Positions 29,630 through 39,763 of a stretch of DNA of 64,000 nucleotides are shown here, piece after piece. The DNA is from an uncultured virus (IMG/VR IMGVR_UViG_3300046524_000568). Lineage: Duplodnaviria; Heunggongvirae; Uroviricota; Caudoviricetes. The notes beneath the pieces are model-generated. The model did no database searches. It saw only the letters and a list, made by a program, of their open reading frames with translations, and was not told where the DNA came from. The position numbers were made by a program, and so were the translations under genes. Positions within the stretch are counted from its first letter, which is position 1. Each line of letters begins with the position of its first letter. The stretch is taken from IMG/VR virus record IMGVR_UViG_3300046524_000568; one strand, given 5' to 3'.

Positions 29630-29839
29630 TTAAGCCAGGTCCTGAGCCGCCTTGACGAGACCGTGCACGCCATTCAAGGCCTTGTGCGCTTTCTCGATGC
29701 TCTCGAACGTCACGAAGCGTTGCTCCGCCTTCAACGGGCGATGCTTGTGGTGCGGGCTGCCCATATCGGCATAGCCCTGTGCGTCGACAACTTCACCCAC
29801 GGTGTTGACGACCTTGACTTCGACGATGACGGTGTACAT
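29630..29839 (-). CDS. Small hypothetical protein
   Basis: RBS AAGGG; typical codon usage. Confidence 0.5.
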   Translation of the reverse strand: MYTVIVEVKVVNTVGEVVDAQGYADMGSPHHKHRPLKAEQRFVTFESIEKAHKALNGVHGLVKAAQDLA

Positions 29840-29960
29840 GGATTGTGTCCCTTATGGTTCGCCCGGACTCTGGTGCTGAAGCGCATGCGCCCGGAACTGG
29901 AACCTGAGTTTATTGCGTCCGTTTCTTCGTGAGCGTAGCCCAGCTTCATCGAATATCTCC

Positions 29961-30194
29961 CTAGCCCAGCACCAGAACTTGAACACCACGCTGCGACACG
30001 ACCTTCGCGACGGTCCAGCCTTTTGCGAAATCAGTCTTTGCAACCGACACCAGCCGCGGTTGCACTTCGAAGTTCACGAAGCCCGCGCGCGCGTTGTTGT
30101 CGGTACCCGGCAGCGCCAGGAAGGTGTCGCCTGCGACGCCGGCGTCTTTCTGCTTCTGCAGCTCGGCAATCATTTCGTCGATAGTGACTCGCAT
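29961..30194 (-). CDS. Small hypothetical protein
   Basis: Operon context. Confidence 0.55.
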   Translation of the reverse strand: MRVTIDEMIAELQKQKDAGVAGDTFLALPGTDNNARAGFVNFEVQPRLVSVAKTDFAKGWTVAKVVSQRGVQVLVLG

Positions 30195-30197
30195 GAC

Positions 30198-30566
30198 TTA
30201 TTTCCCTTGAACGAATTCGACGCAGCGCGCGATGCCGTTAAAGTGAGCCTGAAGCATCACGTATGCAGACATGAGTCCGACGTTGCACTCCTCGACACCA
30301 TACTGCGTCGCGATACGCGCGATGTCGGCGCCTGACTTGCCGGTCGACGCCGTCATCGCATACACGACGCTGACGCCCCGCTCGATGACAACCCCCATCA
30401 TCTCGCCCGCCTTGAACGGCTCATTTTCCTGGTCCATTGCGTCGGCCACCGCGGCCAGCACAGCACCCGTTTCCGAGCGGCCCTGCGTGTGCTCGGGTTT
30501 CACGGTGACGGTCTGGACCTGGCTCAGCCAGTCCGGATGTGCAGTGGTCATTCCTGCGTGCGACAT
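30198..30566 (-). CDS. Hypothetical protein
   Basis: RBS AGGA; TGATATACT at 30599-30607. Confidence 0.65.
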   Translation of the reverse strand: MSHAGMTTAHPDWLSQVQTVTVKPEHTQGRSETGAVLAAVADAMDQENEPFKAGEMMGVVIERGVSVVYAMTASTGKSGADIARIATQYGVEECNVGLMSAYVMLQAHFNGIARCVEFVQGK

Positions 30567-30828
30567 GTTCGTGTCCTGCTGTAATTTACGATGATGCAAG
30601 TATATCATAAAACACCAACATTACGGAGCCTTTTTCGCAAAATACGACAAAGTGCAAACGGACTTCAGCGGGTAACCTCGCCGTCACTACTAGCTCCAGC
30701 CGCGCATTTCTTTTTATTCCACGCTAGTTCGCGCTAAATCAAAATCGGGCTAACCTGCGTGGAAATTTGCCAATTCTGGCATTTGTGACTATAGTGACAC
30801 CTCGCTTATTGACTCGCCTGGAGGTCCT

Positions 30829-30981
30829 ATGGAGCATTGGGTAGTGGATGACGTGCAGGACGCCGGCAAATGGCTGCTGTACGATGAGAACGGCACTGAC
30901 GAAAACGTCTGCATCCGTGTGAGCGGCTCGAAGGAGCTGGCGCAGCGTGTGGCTGACGGGCTCAACATTGATAAGGCGTAA
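30829..30981 (+). CDS. 50-aa hypothetical protein (below ORF-track cutoff)
   Basis: RBS GGAGG; MEHWVVDDVQDAGKWLLYDENGTDENVCIRVSGSKELAQRVADGLNIDKA. Confidence 0.55.
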   Translation: MEHWVVDDVQDAGKWLLYDENGTDENVCIRVSGSKELAQRVADGLNIDKA

Positions 30982-30987
30982 CCCGCG

Positions 30988-31245
30988 ATGCCAAAAACCC
31001 TCTCCAGAATGATTTCGCGCACGTTCAAGGCACCACCTGCGCGCCGGCCGGACACACATCGCAAGGCCAGGGAGACCGCCAAGGCGCTGGCGAAAGAGCA
31101 CAACATCGAAATCGAACCCATAACCAGTGGCTTCAACGTATGGCCGCCACGCGGTTTCGCAGGCGAAGACCCTTACGATGGCGACCACTTTGCGCAGGAC
31201 TGGCCGGAGGTACTTGACCGAGTCCGCGCCTATGCAGGCGCCTGA
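30988..31245 (+). CDS. Small hypothetical protein
   Basis: Follows 30829 ORF by 6 nt. Confidence 0.55.
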   Translation: MPKTLSRMISRTFKAPPARRPDTHRKARETAKALAKEHNIEIEPITSGFNVWPPRGFAGEDPYDGDHFAQDWPEVLDRVRAYAGA

Positions 31246-31365
31246 GCCCACCCCCGGATGGACGTTCGATAGTTAACACCCGGTCGCTGTGGTCATTACG
31301 CCGGTTTTGTGGTAAACTGCACGCATTCAGATTGTTAACTATCACTGCACTGCAAGGACATATTC

Positions 31366-31950
<585 letters not shown>

Positions 31951-31994
31951 GCCGTTGGCCGGCGTCGTCCCGCCGGCTCGACCATCCCTGCGCA

Positions 31995-33479
31995 TTAGAC
32001 TGTTGGCTTGCGGCCCCGCTTTCTCTGGGTCGCGTCAATCAACGAGAAGGCTCCCAGTGGGGCCTTCAGCGCTTCTTCGAAGGCCGAGGACACCATATTG
32101 CGCATCGAACGCAGGTGCTCATATTCCTGGTCGCTCAAGCTCGAACAGCTCTGTTCGCCCCAGTTTCCATAGAGTAATCCGATAGCACGGTCGTTCAGTT
32201 GAAGTGGCACAAGCAAGACTGAGCGCACATTGGGGAACACTTTTTTGTGCCACTCTGGAATGCGGGACTCATTTTTTGAGTTATGGGTGTCGTCCATGAA
32301 AATCGAGCGGCCTTGAGCCAACGCAAGATGGAAGATGTCCGGCACAAAGGCTTCTTCAAAAGCCATTTTTGGAAGACTGTCCTTGGCCACTCCGAACCCG
32401 AGTCGAGCCTCGAAGTTTTGCTTCGCCGGTATTCGGAAGAAGGCTACACACGTGGCCAGTCCCAGGCCTTGCATCATGGATTCCAGGACCATCTGGGTCA
32501 GCGCTGATACTTCTGTGCCTTGCGCGCTCGACGCCAATTCTTCTACGGCCGTGCTCAGCCGCATTTCTGCGTCCAGTGGCTTGCCTCCCGACAGGCTTGG
32601 CAATTCGAGTTCTTCCTGCGAACGTGGCTCCTTTTCCCGAGTCTCGGCTGCAAACATCTCGCGAGCCAGTTGCTCGAGCTCTATCGGGTCCTGCCCCAGC
32701 GAGGGCGCATAGGTCTGCAGCAACGCCTGCACGCGTGCCTCATCACCGCCGCGCGTTAGCTCCTGAGAAAGCTCAGTAGACAGTCCCGCTAGACAGGCCA
32801 GATATTCTGCATGATTGTTGACGAGCTGCCCCGGCGCCTTTGGCCGGGCCGCTGACTTAGGGATGACTCGATGCGGTAACGACCATTCCTTTAGGGTCTC
32901 TTCGCTCAGCTCGTCCGGGGTGACCCCCAATACCTGAAGAAAAGCATCCTCTTCGCCGAGCCCCAGCTCCAGCAGCTCACGAATACGCTCCCACTCATGT
33001 GGGAAATAGAAGACGACCAGCAGTCGGGCCAGTTGATACATGAGGGTGGCGACGGCCGCTTCCTCTCCGAAAGCCTCACCGCTCTTGGTCGCGAACTCTC
33101 TGGCGAGTTTGCCGGCAAACGAGGCCTTCGTCAGTTCTGCGGTCGCTTCCACACGCGACTCTGCCAGGCCTTCGAAGGTATCAATCAGCTGAATATTTAT
33201 GGCCGTGTAGGCAACGGTGGCCGAACCAAGAATAAGGAGCGCGCGAGACACGGTGGTCACGTCCCGCGCGTAGGCGTGGTACGTCGCCGAGTTGGCGAGC
33301 TTCAGAACTTTCTGGGTAAGCGTGAAATCTCCCAGCACGGTGGCCGCGAGCTCGGCGTTGCTCGCCTTTTCGTCATTCATCGCTTCTGCGATGGCGCTGA
33401 GCGCCTTCTTGAGCGCTGGAAACTCTCCGCGTTCCCGGGTACGTTCCCGCAGGAGGTCAAACAGCTTTGCTTTCTTCAT
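31995..33479 (-). CDS. HDOD-domain signalling protein with C-terminal GAF-like domain
   Basis: FPAL...D..LTQKVLKLANSA.Y...VTTVSRALLILG, WSLP; C-terminal VLLVPLQLNDRAIGLLYG. Confidence 0.85.
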   Translation of the reverse strand: MKKAKLFDLLRERTRERGEFPALKKALSAIAEAMNDEKASNAELAATVLGDFTLTQKVLKLANSATYHAYARDVTTVSRALLILGSATVAYTAINIQLIDTFEGLAESRVEATAELTKASFAGKLAREFATKSGEAFGEEAAVATLMYQLARLLVVFYFPHEWERIRELLELGLGEEDAFLQVLGVTPDELSEETLKEWSLPHRVIPKSAARPKAPGQLVNNHAEYLACLAGLSTELSQELTRGGDEARVQALLQTYAPSLGQDPIELEQLAREMFAAETREKEPRSQEELELPSLSGGKPLDAEMRLSTAVEELASSAQGTEVSALTQMVLESMMQGLGLATCVAFFRIPAKQNFEARLGFGVAKDSLPKMAFEEAFVPDIFHLALAQGRSIFMDDTHNSKNESRIPEWHKKVFPNVRSVLLVPLQLNDRAIGLLYGNWGEQSCSSLSDQEYEHLRSMRNMVSSAFEEALKAPLGAFSLIDATQRKRGRKPTV

Positions 33480-33559
33480 GTTGTCTTGATGATATTCGAG
33501 TGTGCCGCAGCCGCCGACCGGCGTCTGCTCCGGACGCATCAGCCCGCTGCCCGCTCCCC

Positions 33560-34003
33560 CGGTCCGCCAGGATTCTGTGACCGAACGTCAACTCCGTCGT
33601 GGCCGCCGAGATTTCGTTCATCATATCCGTCGCGCGTTTAATGCTCAGGACAATCTCGGACATTACCTCACCAGTCTGGGCTACAAGAGCCGCTCCGGTG
33701 TCCACTTTATCTACGGAGGCGGCGATAAGCGCCTTGATTTGCTTGGCCGCCTCTGAGCTGCGAGAGGCTAACGCCCGAACCTCGGATGCTACCACGGCAA
33801 AGAGCCTTTTCCCCTGTGCACGCGCCGCTTCAAGCACGACCACCTGGTCGACGACGTCATGTCCCCGGCGCGCCGCCTGCGCCGCCGAGTGGACCAGCGT
33901 GCCCGCCTGCCGGGCGGAATCGGCCGAGTGCGAGACGACGGTTTGGCGAAGTTCCCCGATTCGGGCAAAACTTCCTTGCTACGGAGATGTCCTGCAACTT
34001 CAT
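33560..34003 (-). pseudogene. Remnant of a methyl-accepting chemotaxis protein
   Basis: N-terminal MKLQDISVARK at 34003 and signalling-domain fragment EAARAQGK.FAVVASEVRALASRSSEAAKQIKALI; middle and end missing. Confidence 0.75.
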
Positions 34004-34219
34004 TGCTTCCTCAACAGGTGTCCCTGCCATGGAAAACTGGTTGGGTGGCCCAGGCATGGCCAAAAATAACGGCAAATGTTTGAAAAACTTTAGACAAGCG
34101 TGGCAATTATTGACGTCCGCCCGGCCTGAAGGCCAAGGTTTTCCGCGCGAAATGATAAGTTCATTAGACGAAAAAAACCGCAGGCGAAGCTGCGGCTCAT
34201 GAGAAAAAACTATGCCGGT

Positions 34220-34396
34220 CTAGCGGCGATAACGGGTCCGGACGCGGAGCGTGCCGGTTTCCTTGTCGACCTCGAAATCGACCACATCGCAGGGAACATC
34301 GTCCCCACCGTTGTACTCGAGCGTTGTCAGCTCGATTTCGCTACCTTCCTCTGCCTCGCGTTTCTGAAGCAGTTCGATTGCCTGGCGGATGTTCAT
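34220..34396 (-). CDS. 58-aa hypothetical protein (below ORF-track cutoff)
   Basis: RBS GGAGG; MNIRQAIELLQKREAEEGSEIEL...RVRTRYRR. Confidence 0.5.
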   Translation of the reverse strand: MNIRQAIELLQKREAEEGSEIELTTLEYNGGDDVPCDVVDFEVDKETGTLRVRTRYRR

Positions 34397-34414
34397 GGCT
34401 CGATGACCTCCCGG

Positions 34415-34816
34415 TTAAGCCGCGAGGCCGGTTGCCAGCTCGTCCAGAATCTGGGCGTGATAGCGCCGGGCCACCTGGCGGTCATTCCATTCAAGAAACG
34501 GCAGCTCGACACCGCGGGTTTTGAGCAGCGTACAAAACGCGAAGTCGCACGCTTCCGGGTAGAGATGCCCGTTGGGTACGCATTCACCAGGCTGCAGTCC
34601 GTCGCGTTCGTGTTTGTGCGAAAGAAGCACGGCCGGCACCGTATTTTGGTATACCACCTTGTGAATTCCATCGGCCGCGAGGTAGATGTGAAACGTGCCT
34701 TTGTTGGTGAAGCCGTGTGCGAGCGTGCGCGGCGTCTGGTCTGCCAGGTCACACGCGCGGACCGTCACCGGTTGATGACGCACCTGCGCCAGGATTTCGA
34801 AATCGACTTTCAGCAT
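34415..34816 (-). CDS. Hypothetical protein
   Basis: RBS GAGGG; CCTATACGG at 34854. Confidence 0.6.
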   Translation of the reverse strand: MLKVDFEILAQVRHQPVTVRACDLADQTPRTLAHGFTNKGTFHIYLAADGIHKVVYQNTVPAVLLSHKHERDGLQPGECVPNGHLYPEACDFAFCTLLKTRGVELPFLEWNDRQVARRYHAQILDELATGLAA

Positions 34817-34861
34817 GATATGCCCTCAGGTTAACAGCAAAACGCTGCTATCCGTATAGGC

Positions 34862-35296
34862 TCAGCGCTGAAGTGCTGTGTGGAGGTCTCGAACTTCCTG
34901 GATACAGCGCCCTGCCCTCACTTCATCGTTGTGCTCATCGCAAGGGTGCACCTCGACCGAATCCAGGTGATGTCGCACCAGCGAGTTCGCTGCGCTCGCG
35001 GTCGCAGCCGCTTTGGAAGGTTCCGGAAACGTCCCGCCTGGGCCATAGGCCGCAGCCAGGTCACGCACCTTGCCCTCGAAGCGTTGCAACATGTCCATGG
35101 TCTGCGCAAGCGACGCCAGGCTCAGGCCGCGCGAAGTGTTGACCGTGACGTCTGGGGACCGGTCCGTGTAAATGATGGCGTTGGCGTGGCAGAGCGTGGC
35201 GCGCCGACCGCTTTCCGCCGCTACCGCGCCATTCACGAGCGCAATGATGTTGCCCGATGGTTTTTCAAATACGTTGACTTCGATGTCGTTCTTCAT
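34862..35296 (-). CDS. Hypothetical protein
   Basis: RBS GGAGG; ATGA overlap. Confidence 0.55.
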   Translation of the reverse strand: MKNDIEVNVFEKPSGNIIALVNGAVAAESGRRATLCHANAIIYTDRSPDVTVNTSRGLSLASLAQTMDMLQRFEGKVRDLAAAYGPGGTFPEPSKAAATASAANSLVRHHLDSVEVHPCDEHNDEVRAGRCIQEVRDLHTALQR

Positions 35297-35505
35297 GCGG
35301 TGGCGACCTCCGTCGTATCAGGGCGGAATACCTCGGCGCGGCTCAAGCGCGGTGTCGCGACATCGCGCCAGCGTACGAACTGTTCTCCGCCTGCGCTCGG
35401 GTAGTGCCGCCGGTCTTCGAACAGCATCGTGTGGGCATACGGGTCGAACACCACGTTTTCGAAAACGCTTGGCTCCGTGCCCTGTTCGGTGTTGCGCTCA
35501 CTCAT
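35293..35505 (-). CDS. Small hypothetical protein
   Basis: ATGA overlaps on both sides. Confidence 0.5.
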   Translation of the reverse strand: MSERNTEQGTEPSVFENVVFDPYAHTMLFEDRRHYPSAGGEQFVRWRDVATPRLSRAEVFRPDTTEVATA

Positions 35506-35969
35506 TCGCTTTCACCGTCAGGCTCACCGACTATCGTGCCGCGCGCGGCGGTCACGGGCGGCGCATCTTGCGCGAACGTGGACTCCACACGCGCCGGGCC
35601 ATCCTCGCTGCGCGTGATGGGCAGGTCCTGGATGACTCCGCGCCAGCGCGACAGGAACGTCTTCGCCGCGTCAGGCGTGATTTTCATGCTGTCGGGCAGG
35701 TTCGCGGCCGACACCGGACGGCTCGCGTCGAACTGCGACTGTTTCGCTTGCTCGACAGGCGCGTCGGCGGCATCGCGCACGAGCGTCATCGAGCGATACC
35801 AGTCCGTCGCCGCGCGAGACCACACGCGACCATTCAGGCCCATGTAGACGACGGTCTGCGGATAGCGGTCGGGCTGCTCGGTGAATTCGTTGGCAATGCA
35901 CAGCACGACGTAAATCGCGCCGTTGCTGTGTTGCCATTCAGAGTTGCTCCGCGGAAGGTTGTTGTCCAT
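35502..35969 (-). CDS. Hypothetical protein with DUF1653-like N-terminal domain
   Basis: WQHSNGAIYVVL...VVY....GRVWSR pattern. Confidence 0.55.
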   Translation of the reverse strand: MDNNLPRSNSEWQHSNGAIYVVLCIANEFTEQPDRYPQTVVYMGLNGRVWSRAATDWYRSMTLVRDAADAPVEQAKQSQFDASRPVSAANLPDSMKITPDAAKTFLSRWRGVIQDLPITRSEDGPARVESTFAQDAPPVTAARGTIVGEPDGESE

Positions 35970-36043
35970 GTGAAAGCCCCTGAAAAGTGACTTGCATTAT
36001 ACCAGTATATTCGCTTTTTGCAAGTAACCTCAAAAACCTTCAA

Positions 36044-36715
36044 TCACTGGCAGAGGCTGCGCAACCGGTACAACTTTTCGTAGTCGAACTCGTGAAACGA
36101 CTCGGACACGCCTGTCGCGACCAGGATGTGGCTGAGGTGTGGCGCGTACGCGTGCACGTTCTCCGGCGTGACGCCGCTCGCGATGGCAAGCGGCGCATCG
36201 CCAATCGCCGCGCGCAGGCGCGCAATCTTGTCGACCTCCGCGGCTACCCCTGTTGCCGAGCCGCTCGTGGTGGCGATGAAGCCAAACTTGTCCGCCATGC
36301 GCGCCGCCAGCTCCGGATTCGGTTCCGGGCGCTGATGCTTGAACGCGACGCCGGCGAAGACCTGGTGATGTTTTCGATTCTGTGAGAGTGCCGTCTGAAT
36401 CATTTCGGCGTATGTCCACGGGTCGGCCGAGCTGTGTGTCAGCTGCATGTCCGTCCACGTCATGTCGAGACCGTTGGCGATGTTAGCGAGCGCCGCCTTC
36501 GCAGTGTCCATGCCCAGATAGTTGATACCGACGAGGAGATTGTCAGTCCAGCGCGATTTGATACGGCACGCGATTGGAGCCAGCAGCTCGTTGTCACCCT
36601 CCATGTGAATCAGGAAAACGCCGTCGCAACCCGCATCGTATGCGCGCTCGGCGTTGCGCATGGCCTGCGCGTCGTCCTTGTAGTGAATCACCGGAATCAC
36701 TTTGCAAAACATCAT
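36044..36715 (-). CDS. BtpA/SgcQ-family TIM-barrel protein
   Basis: IPVIH, GCDGVFL, VGINYL, FKHQ, TSGSATG, PLAIASGVTPEN, ILVATG. Confidence 0.85.
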   Translation of the reverse strand: MMFCKVIPVIHYKDDAQAMRNAERAYDAGCDGVFLIHMEGDNELLAPIACRIKSRWTDNLLVGINYLGMDTAKAALANIANGLDMTWTDMQLTHSSADPWTYAEMIQTALSQNRKHHQVFAGVAFKHQRPEPNPELAARMADKFGFIATTSGSATGVAAEVDKIARLRAAIGDAPLAIASGVTPENVHAYAPHLSHILVATGVSESFHEFDYEKLYRLRSLCQ

Positions 36716-37002
36716 GACACTGCTCCGTTCTCTTGAACATACGGATTGGCACGTGGGTTATCTGGGTGAAAAGCCCAGAAATATGCGGCAAGCACATTGA
36801 ATCCACCGCCCACGATAGACATCTCGGCAAGGCCAAACGCTCCCGGTCGGAAGTCCGCGAACAGCGGAATCAGCGTGCCCGCTGTCATCCGTGCCCACGC
36901 TGCATCAAACGATAGCGCAAGGGCATGCGGCATCGCTCGAAGGCCGTAGCAACACATCCCAGCCCACGCCGCCAACAACATAAAAAACGCAATTCGCTTC
37001 AT
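36712..37002 (-). CDS. Small membrane protein
   Basis: RBS AAGGA; hydrophobic segments. Confidence 0.5.
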   Translation of the reverse strand: MKRIAFFMLLAAWAGMCCYGLRAMPHALALSFDAAWARMTAGTLIPLFADFRPGAFGLAEMSIVGGGFNVLAAYFWAFHPDNPRANPYVQENGAVS

Positions 37003-37020
37003 CTCATTTCCTTTTACTGG

Positions 37021-38037
37021 TTAGCCGACGATGGGGGCGGCGGGCCGAATAGGGCCCAACACTTCCGACTTGTATTGGTCCCAACGCGCATAGAGGTCCT
37101 TGCGCGATGCGATGTAGTTCTGGCCGCCCTCACAGCCCACCACGACCGCGCCCATCACGGCACCGAGCGCCACGCAGTCCTCTAGGCGGTGTCCCCGCGT
37201 GTAGGCGTGAAGAAAGCCAGCGCGGAATGCGTCTCCGCATCCTGTCGGGTCCAACACCCTGTCCGGCGTCGCAGGCGGCAGGGAAATCTGGCCATCCCGA
37301 CGGATAAGGTCGACACCCTTCGCGCCGCGCGTGCGCACAATGAACTGGTCGCACCCGGTCAACAGATGCTTCAGGTCAATGACTTCCGAGCGCAGGAGCT
37401 CCGCCTCGTACTCGTTCAGGAAAATGCCCTTTGCCTCCCGCAGTACGACGCTCAGGGGAGAAATGTGCGATGCGTCCTTGTTGAGCAATGACGGTAATGC
37501 CTGACCCGGGTCAAAGAGGTATTCCGCACCTACCGAGCGCGCAGTCGACGCCAGCTTGACCATGTTGACGGGGTCTTCAGGCGCAATATGCCAAAGCGAT
37601 GGCGCCTTGCCGTAGACACTGGTCGGCAGTGCGCCTCTGTGGACTGACTGTAGCGGCGCGGCCATTGCGCCTGCATAAAACGAGGTCAGCTGGTTCCCAT
37701 CTTTATCCGTGAGCACCCACGCGTGCGCGGTCGGCAGTTCGAGCACAACCCCGATTGTGGATGCGTCCAGGCCCCAGCTCTCGATGCGGCGCAGGTATCG
37801 CTCACCGTCGGTACCGACGTTGCCCACGAGCATAGGCTTGTCGCCGAGCAGGGCTGCGTTGTAGGCGATGTTCCCAGCGCAACCGCCGAACGCCTCGATG
37901 ACCGAATCGAGCTGAAACGATGCGTTCAGCTTGTCGATGGCGTCGGGCTTGATGCGAGCCCCGAAAGCGTGGGGGTGCGAGAAAACCGTGTCGTAGGCGA
38001 AGGAACCTGAGAGCAGATATGGGCGGGACATGCGCAA
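37021..38037 (-). CDS. PfkB-family kinase (nucleoside/adenosine kinase-like)
   Basis: SGSFAYD, FGGCAGNIAY, NEYE, TRGAKG, DPTGCGDAFRAG. Confidence 0.9.
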   Translation of the reverse strand: MRMSRPYLLSGSFAYDTVFSHPHAFGARIKPDAIDKLNASFQLDSVIEAFGGCAGNIAYNAALLGDKPMLVGNVGTDGERYLRRIESWGLDASTIGVVLELPTAHAWVLTDKDGNQLTSFYAGAMAAPLQSVHRGALPTSVYGKAPSLWHIAPEDPVNMVKLASTARSVGAEYLFDPGQALPSLLNKDASHISPLSVVLREAKGIFLNEYEAELLRSEVIDLKHLLTGCDQFIVRTRGAKGVDLIRRDGQISLPPATPDRVLDPTGCGDAFRAGFLHAYTRGHRLEDCVALGAVMGAVVVGCEGGQNYIASRKDLYARWDQYKSEVLGPIRPAAPIVG

Positions 38038-38059
38038 TCCAGTGTGTGTGTTGTTTGTG

Positions 38060-39127
38060 TCAGACCTGAGCGAGCCGCGGAAGCAGCCACTCCTTCGCGC
38101 GGCGGTTGATGCGACCCATCACCTGCTGGCGTTCCAGGCCGCTCGCCTCCATCGTGTCCGTCTCTTCCTTGAGTACGTCCTGTCCCACCCATTTCAGGAA
38201 GGCGCCGATGTGCTTATCCGTCACCTCGCCGTGGTCGGCAACGAGAATTCCGTAGCCCTGCTCAAGCCGGCTCTCGGTCAGCACTGCCTCGGTGAACGCC
38301 GCCATGCTGGCGAGCACTTCAGGTTCAATCTGGACGATGCGTGAGTTCTTCGTGCCCTTGTGCTTCGCGCCCTTGGTCTTGAATGTGAGGCGGCCGAGCT
38401 TCGGATGGAAGCACTCCCAGACGATACCCTCGCCCACGCCGATGAGACCCAGCGCTTTCGCGACCGGGCATTCGGCTTCGACCTCGAGTGTCAATCGCTC
38501 CAGCTCGTCGAGACTCGCGCCCGGGTCGTTGAAGTCGATGTCGATGGCGTACGTCGGGAAGTCGGTGATGAAGTGGATGAGCGAGCCTTCCTTCCCAACG
38601 ATATGCTCGGCCCACTTGGCCGCTACCTCGTCAACCGGAATCCATTTTTCGCTTCCGTCCGCGAGCGTAATCAGCGCGCCGAATACCACCCACCGTACCG
38701 GCAGCTGGCCGATAGCGGTCTTGCCGTAAATGCCCTCGCCGCACCATTCTCCGAACGTCCGGATGGCCAGGATGGGTTGGTTCACGTGCTCAAGCGCCGC
38801 TGCGAGAATGAGAAGACGCAGGCGCCACAAGTCCGCGGTGCCCGTCAGGGACTTGACCCATGCGCAGAAGCCGAAGTTGTCAGCTTCCACGCTCAGGTAG
38901 CAGAAGTGGCTTTGAGCCTCTACCGTACCGGTGAGCACGTCAAAGGCTACGCCGCAGTTGCTGCCATGCAGCTTGACGGTGCCATTGAAGGTCAGCACCG
39001 GCTTGCGGCGGCTCGCATCGTACATGGGCTCGTTGTTCGAGTCCTGTCCGATGTATTCTGCACTGTGAGTGACGTCGCCAACGACGTGGCGGAACTGCTC
39101 GATTTCCGAGAATTTGCGCAGCTGCAT
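38060..39127 (-). CDS. ATP-dependent RNA ligase, Rnl2-like nucleotidyltransferase
   Basis: Motif I TVKLHGSN, FGEWCG, GEGIVW, FKTKG; C-terminal DVLKEE domain. Confidence 0.85.
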   Translation of the reverse strand: MQLRKFSEIEQFRHVVGDVTHSAEYIGQDSNNEPMYDASRRKPVLTFNGTVKLHGSNCGVAFDVLTGTVEAQSHFCYLSVEADNFGFCAWVKSLTGTADLWRLRLLILAAALEHVNQPILAIRTFGEWCGEGIYGKTAIGQLPVRWVVFGALITLADGSEKWIPVDEVAAKWAEHIVGKEGSLIHFITDFPTYAIDIDFNDPGASLDELERLTLEVEAECPVAKALGLIGVGEGIVWECFHPKLGRLTFKTKGAKHKGTKNSRIVQIEPEVLASMAAFTEAVLTESRLEQGYGILVADHGEVTDKHIGAFLKWVGQDVLKEETDTMEASGLERQQVMGRINRRAKEWLLPRLAQV

Positions 39128-39194
39128 GGTGATATAGCGTTTGAGATGTTGCAAGTATACCATGTAATGGCGATTATTCCAAATGTGTGATTCG

Positions 39195-39208
39195 TCAAGT
39201 TAACTTGA
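39195..39208. promoter_or_regulatory. Perfect 14-bp palindrome TCAAGTTAACTTGA, putative operator
   Basis: Just upstream of TTGGAA-17-TATACT promoter of the ligase operon. Confidence 0.5.
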
Positions 39209-39256
39209 GAATGCCAGCTATTTTTGATATAATTGGTCATATACATGGAGTTTCGC

Positions 39257-39574
39257 ATGGATTCCCTTTCCCCTGAACTGGCCCTGCCCGGCCGGATGTA
39301 TTGTGGCCGCCGGATTTCCCGTCGATGGAAGAACACCGGCCGCTATGTGAGTTCTGTCGCGACCGGATTAACTGGGAGCATAAGTCGCTCTTCTGGCAGG
39401 AGCGTCAAGTTCAAATCCCGCGGCTACTCGCGTGGTTCGGCGAGGGTCGATTACCGCTACTCGGGGCTCTACCACCCTGCGCGCGCCATGCCGCCGGCGC
39501 TACGCGCGCTCCAGGAAAAGGTGGAGCGTGTTCTGCTGGCCACAAGCGCGCTCGCGCCCTGCGTGAGCTCGTGA
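39257..39574 (+). pseudogene. AlkB (ALKBH2/3-type) dioxygenase remnant, frameshifted and truncated
   Basis: INWEHKSL...QIPRLLAWFGE in one frame, DYRYSGLYHPARAMPPALRALQEKVE in another; no HxD/H catalytic half. Confidence 0.7.
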
Positions 39575-39763
39575 ATCAGGTTTGGAACTGCTGTACCGCG
39601 CTGGGTGTGCAGAGTTTTTAGCGCTTTGGCTCGGGCCTACGAGGTGGATTGTTACGCCACCGGCGCGCGACGTTCGCTGGGCTGGATTCCGTTCAAGGCC
39701 AGCGCTCTCCGCTATCGAAACAGGCAGGTGTTTCTCGCAGGCTGAAAACGACATCGAGGGATA

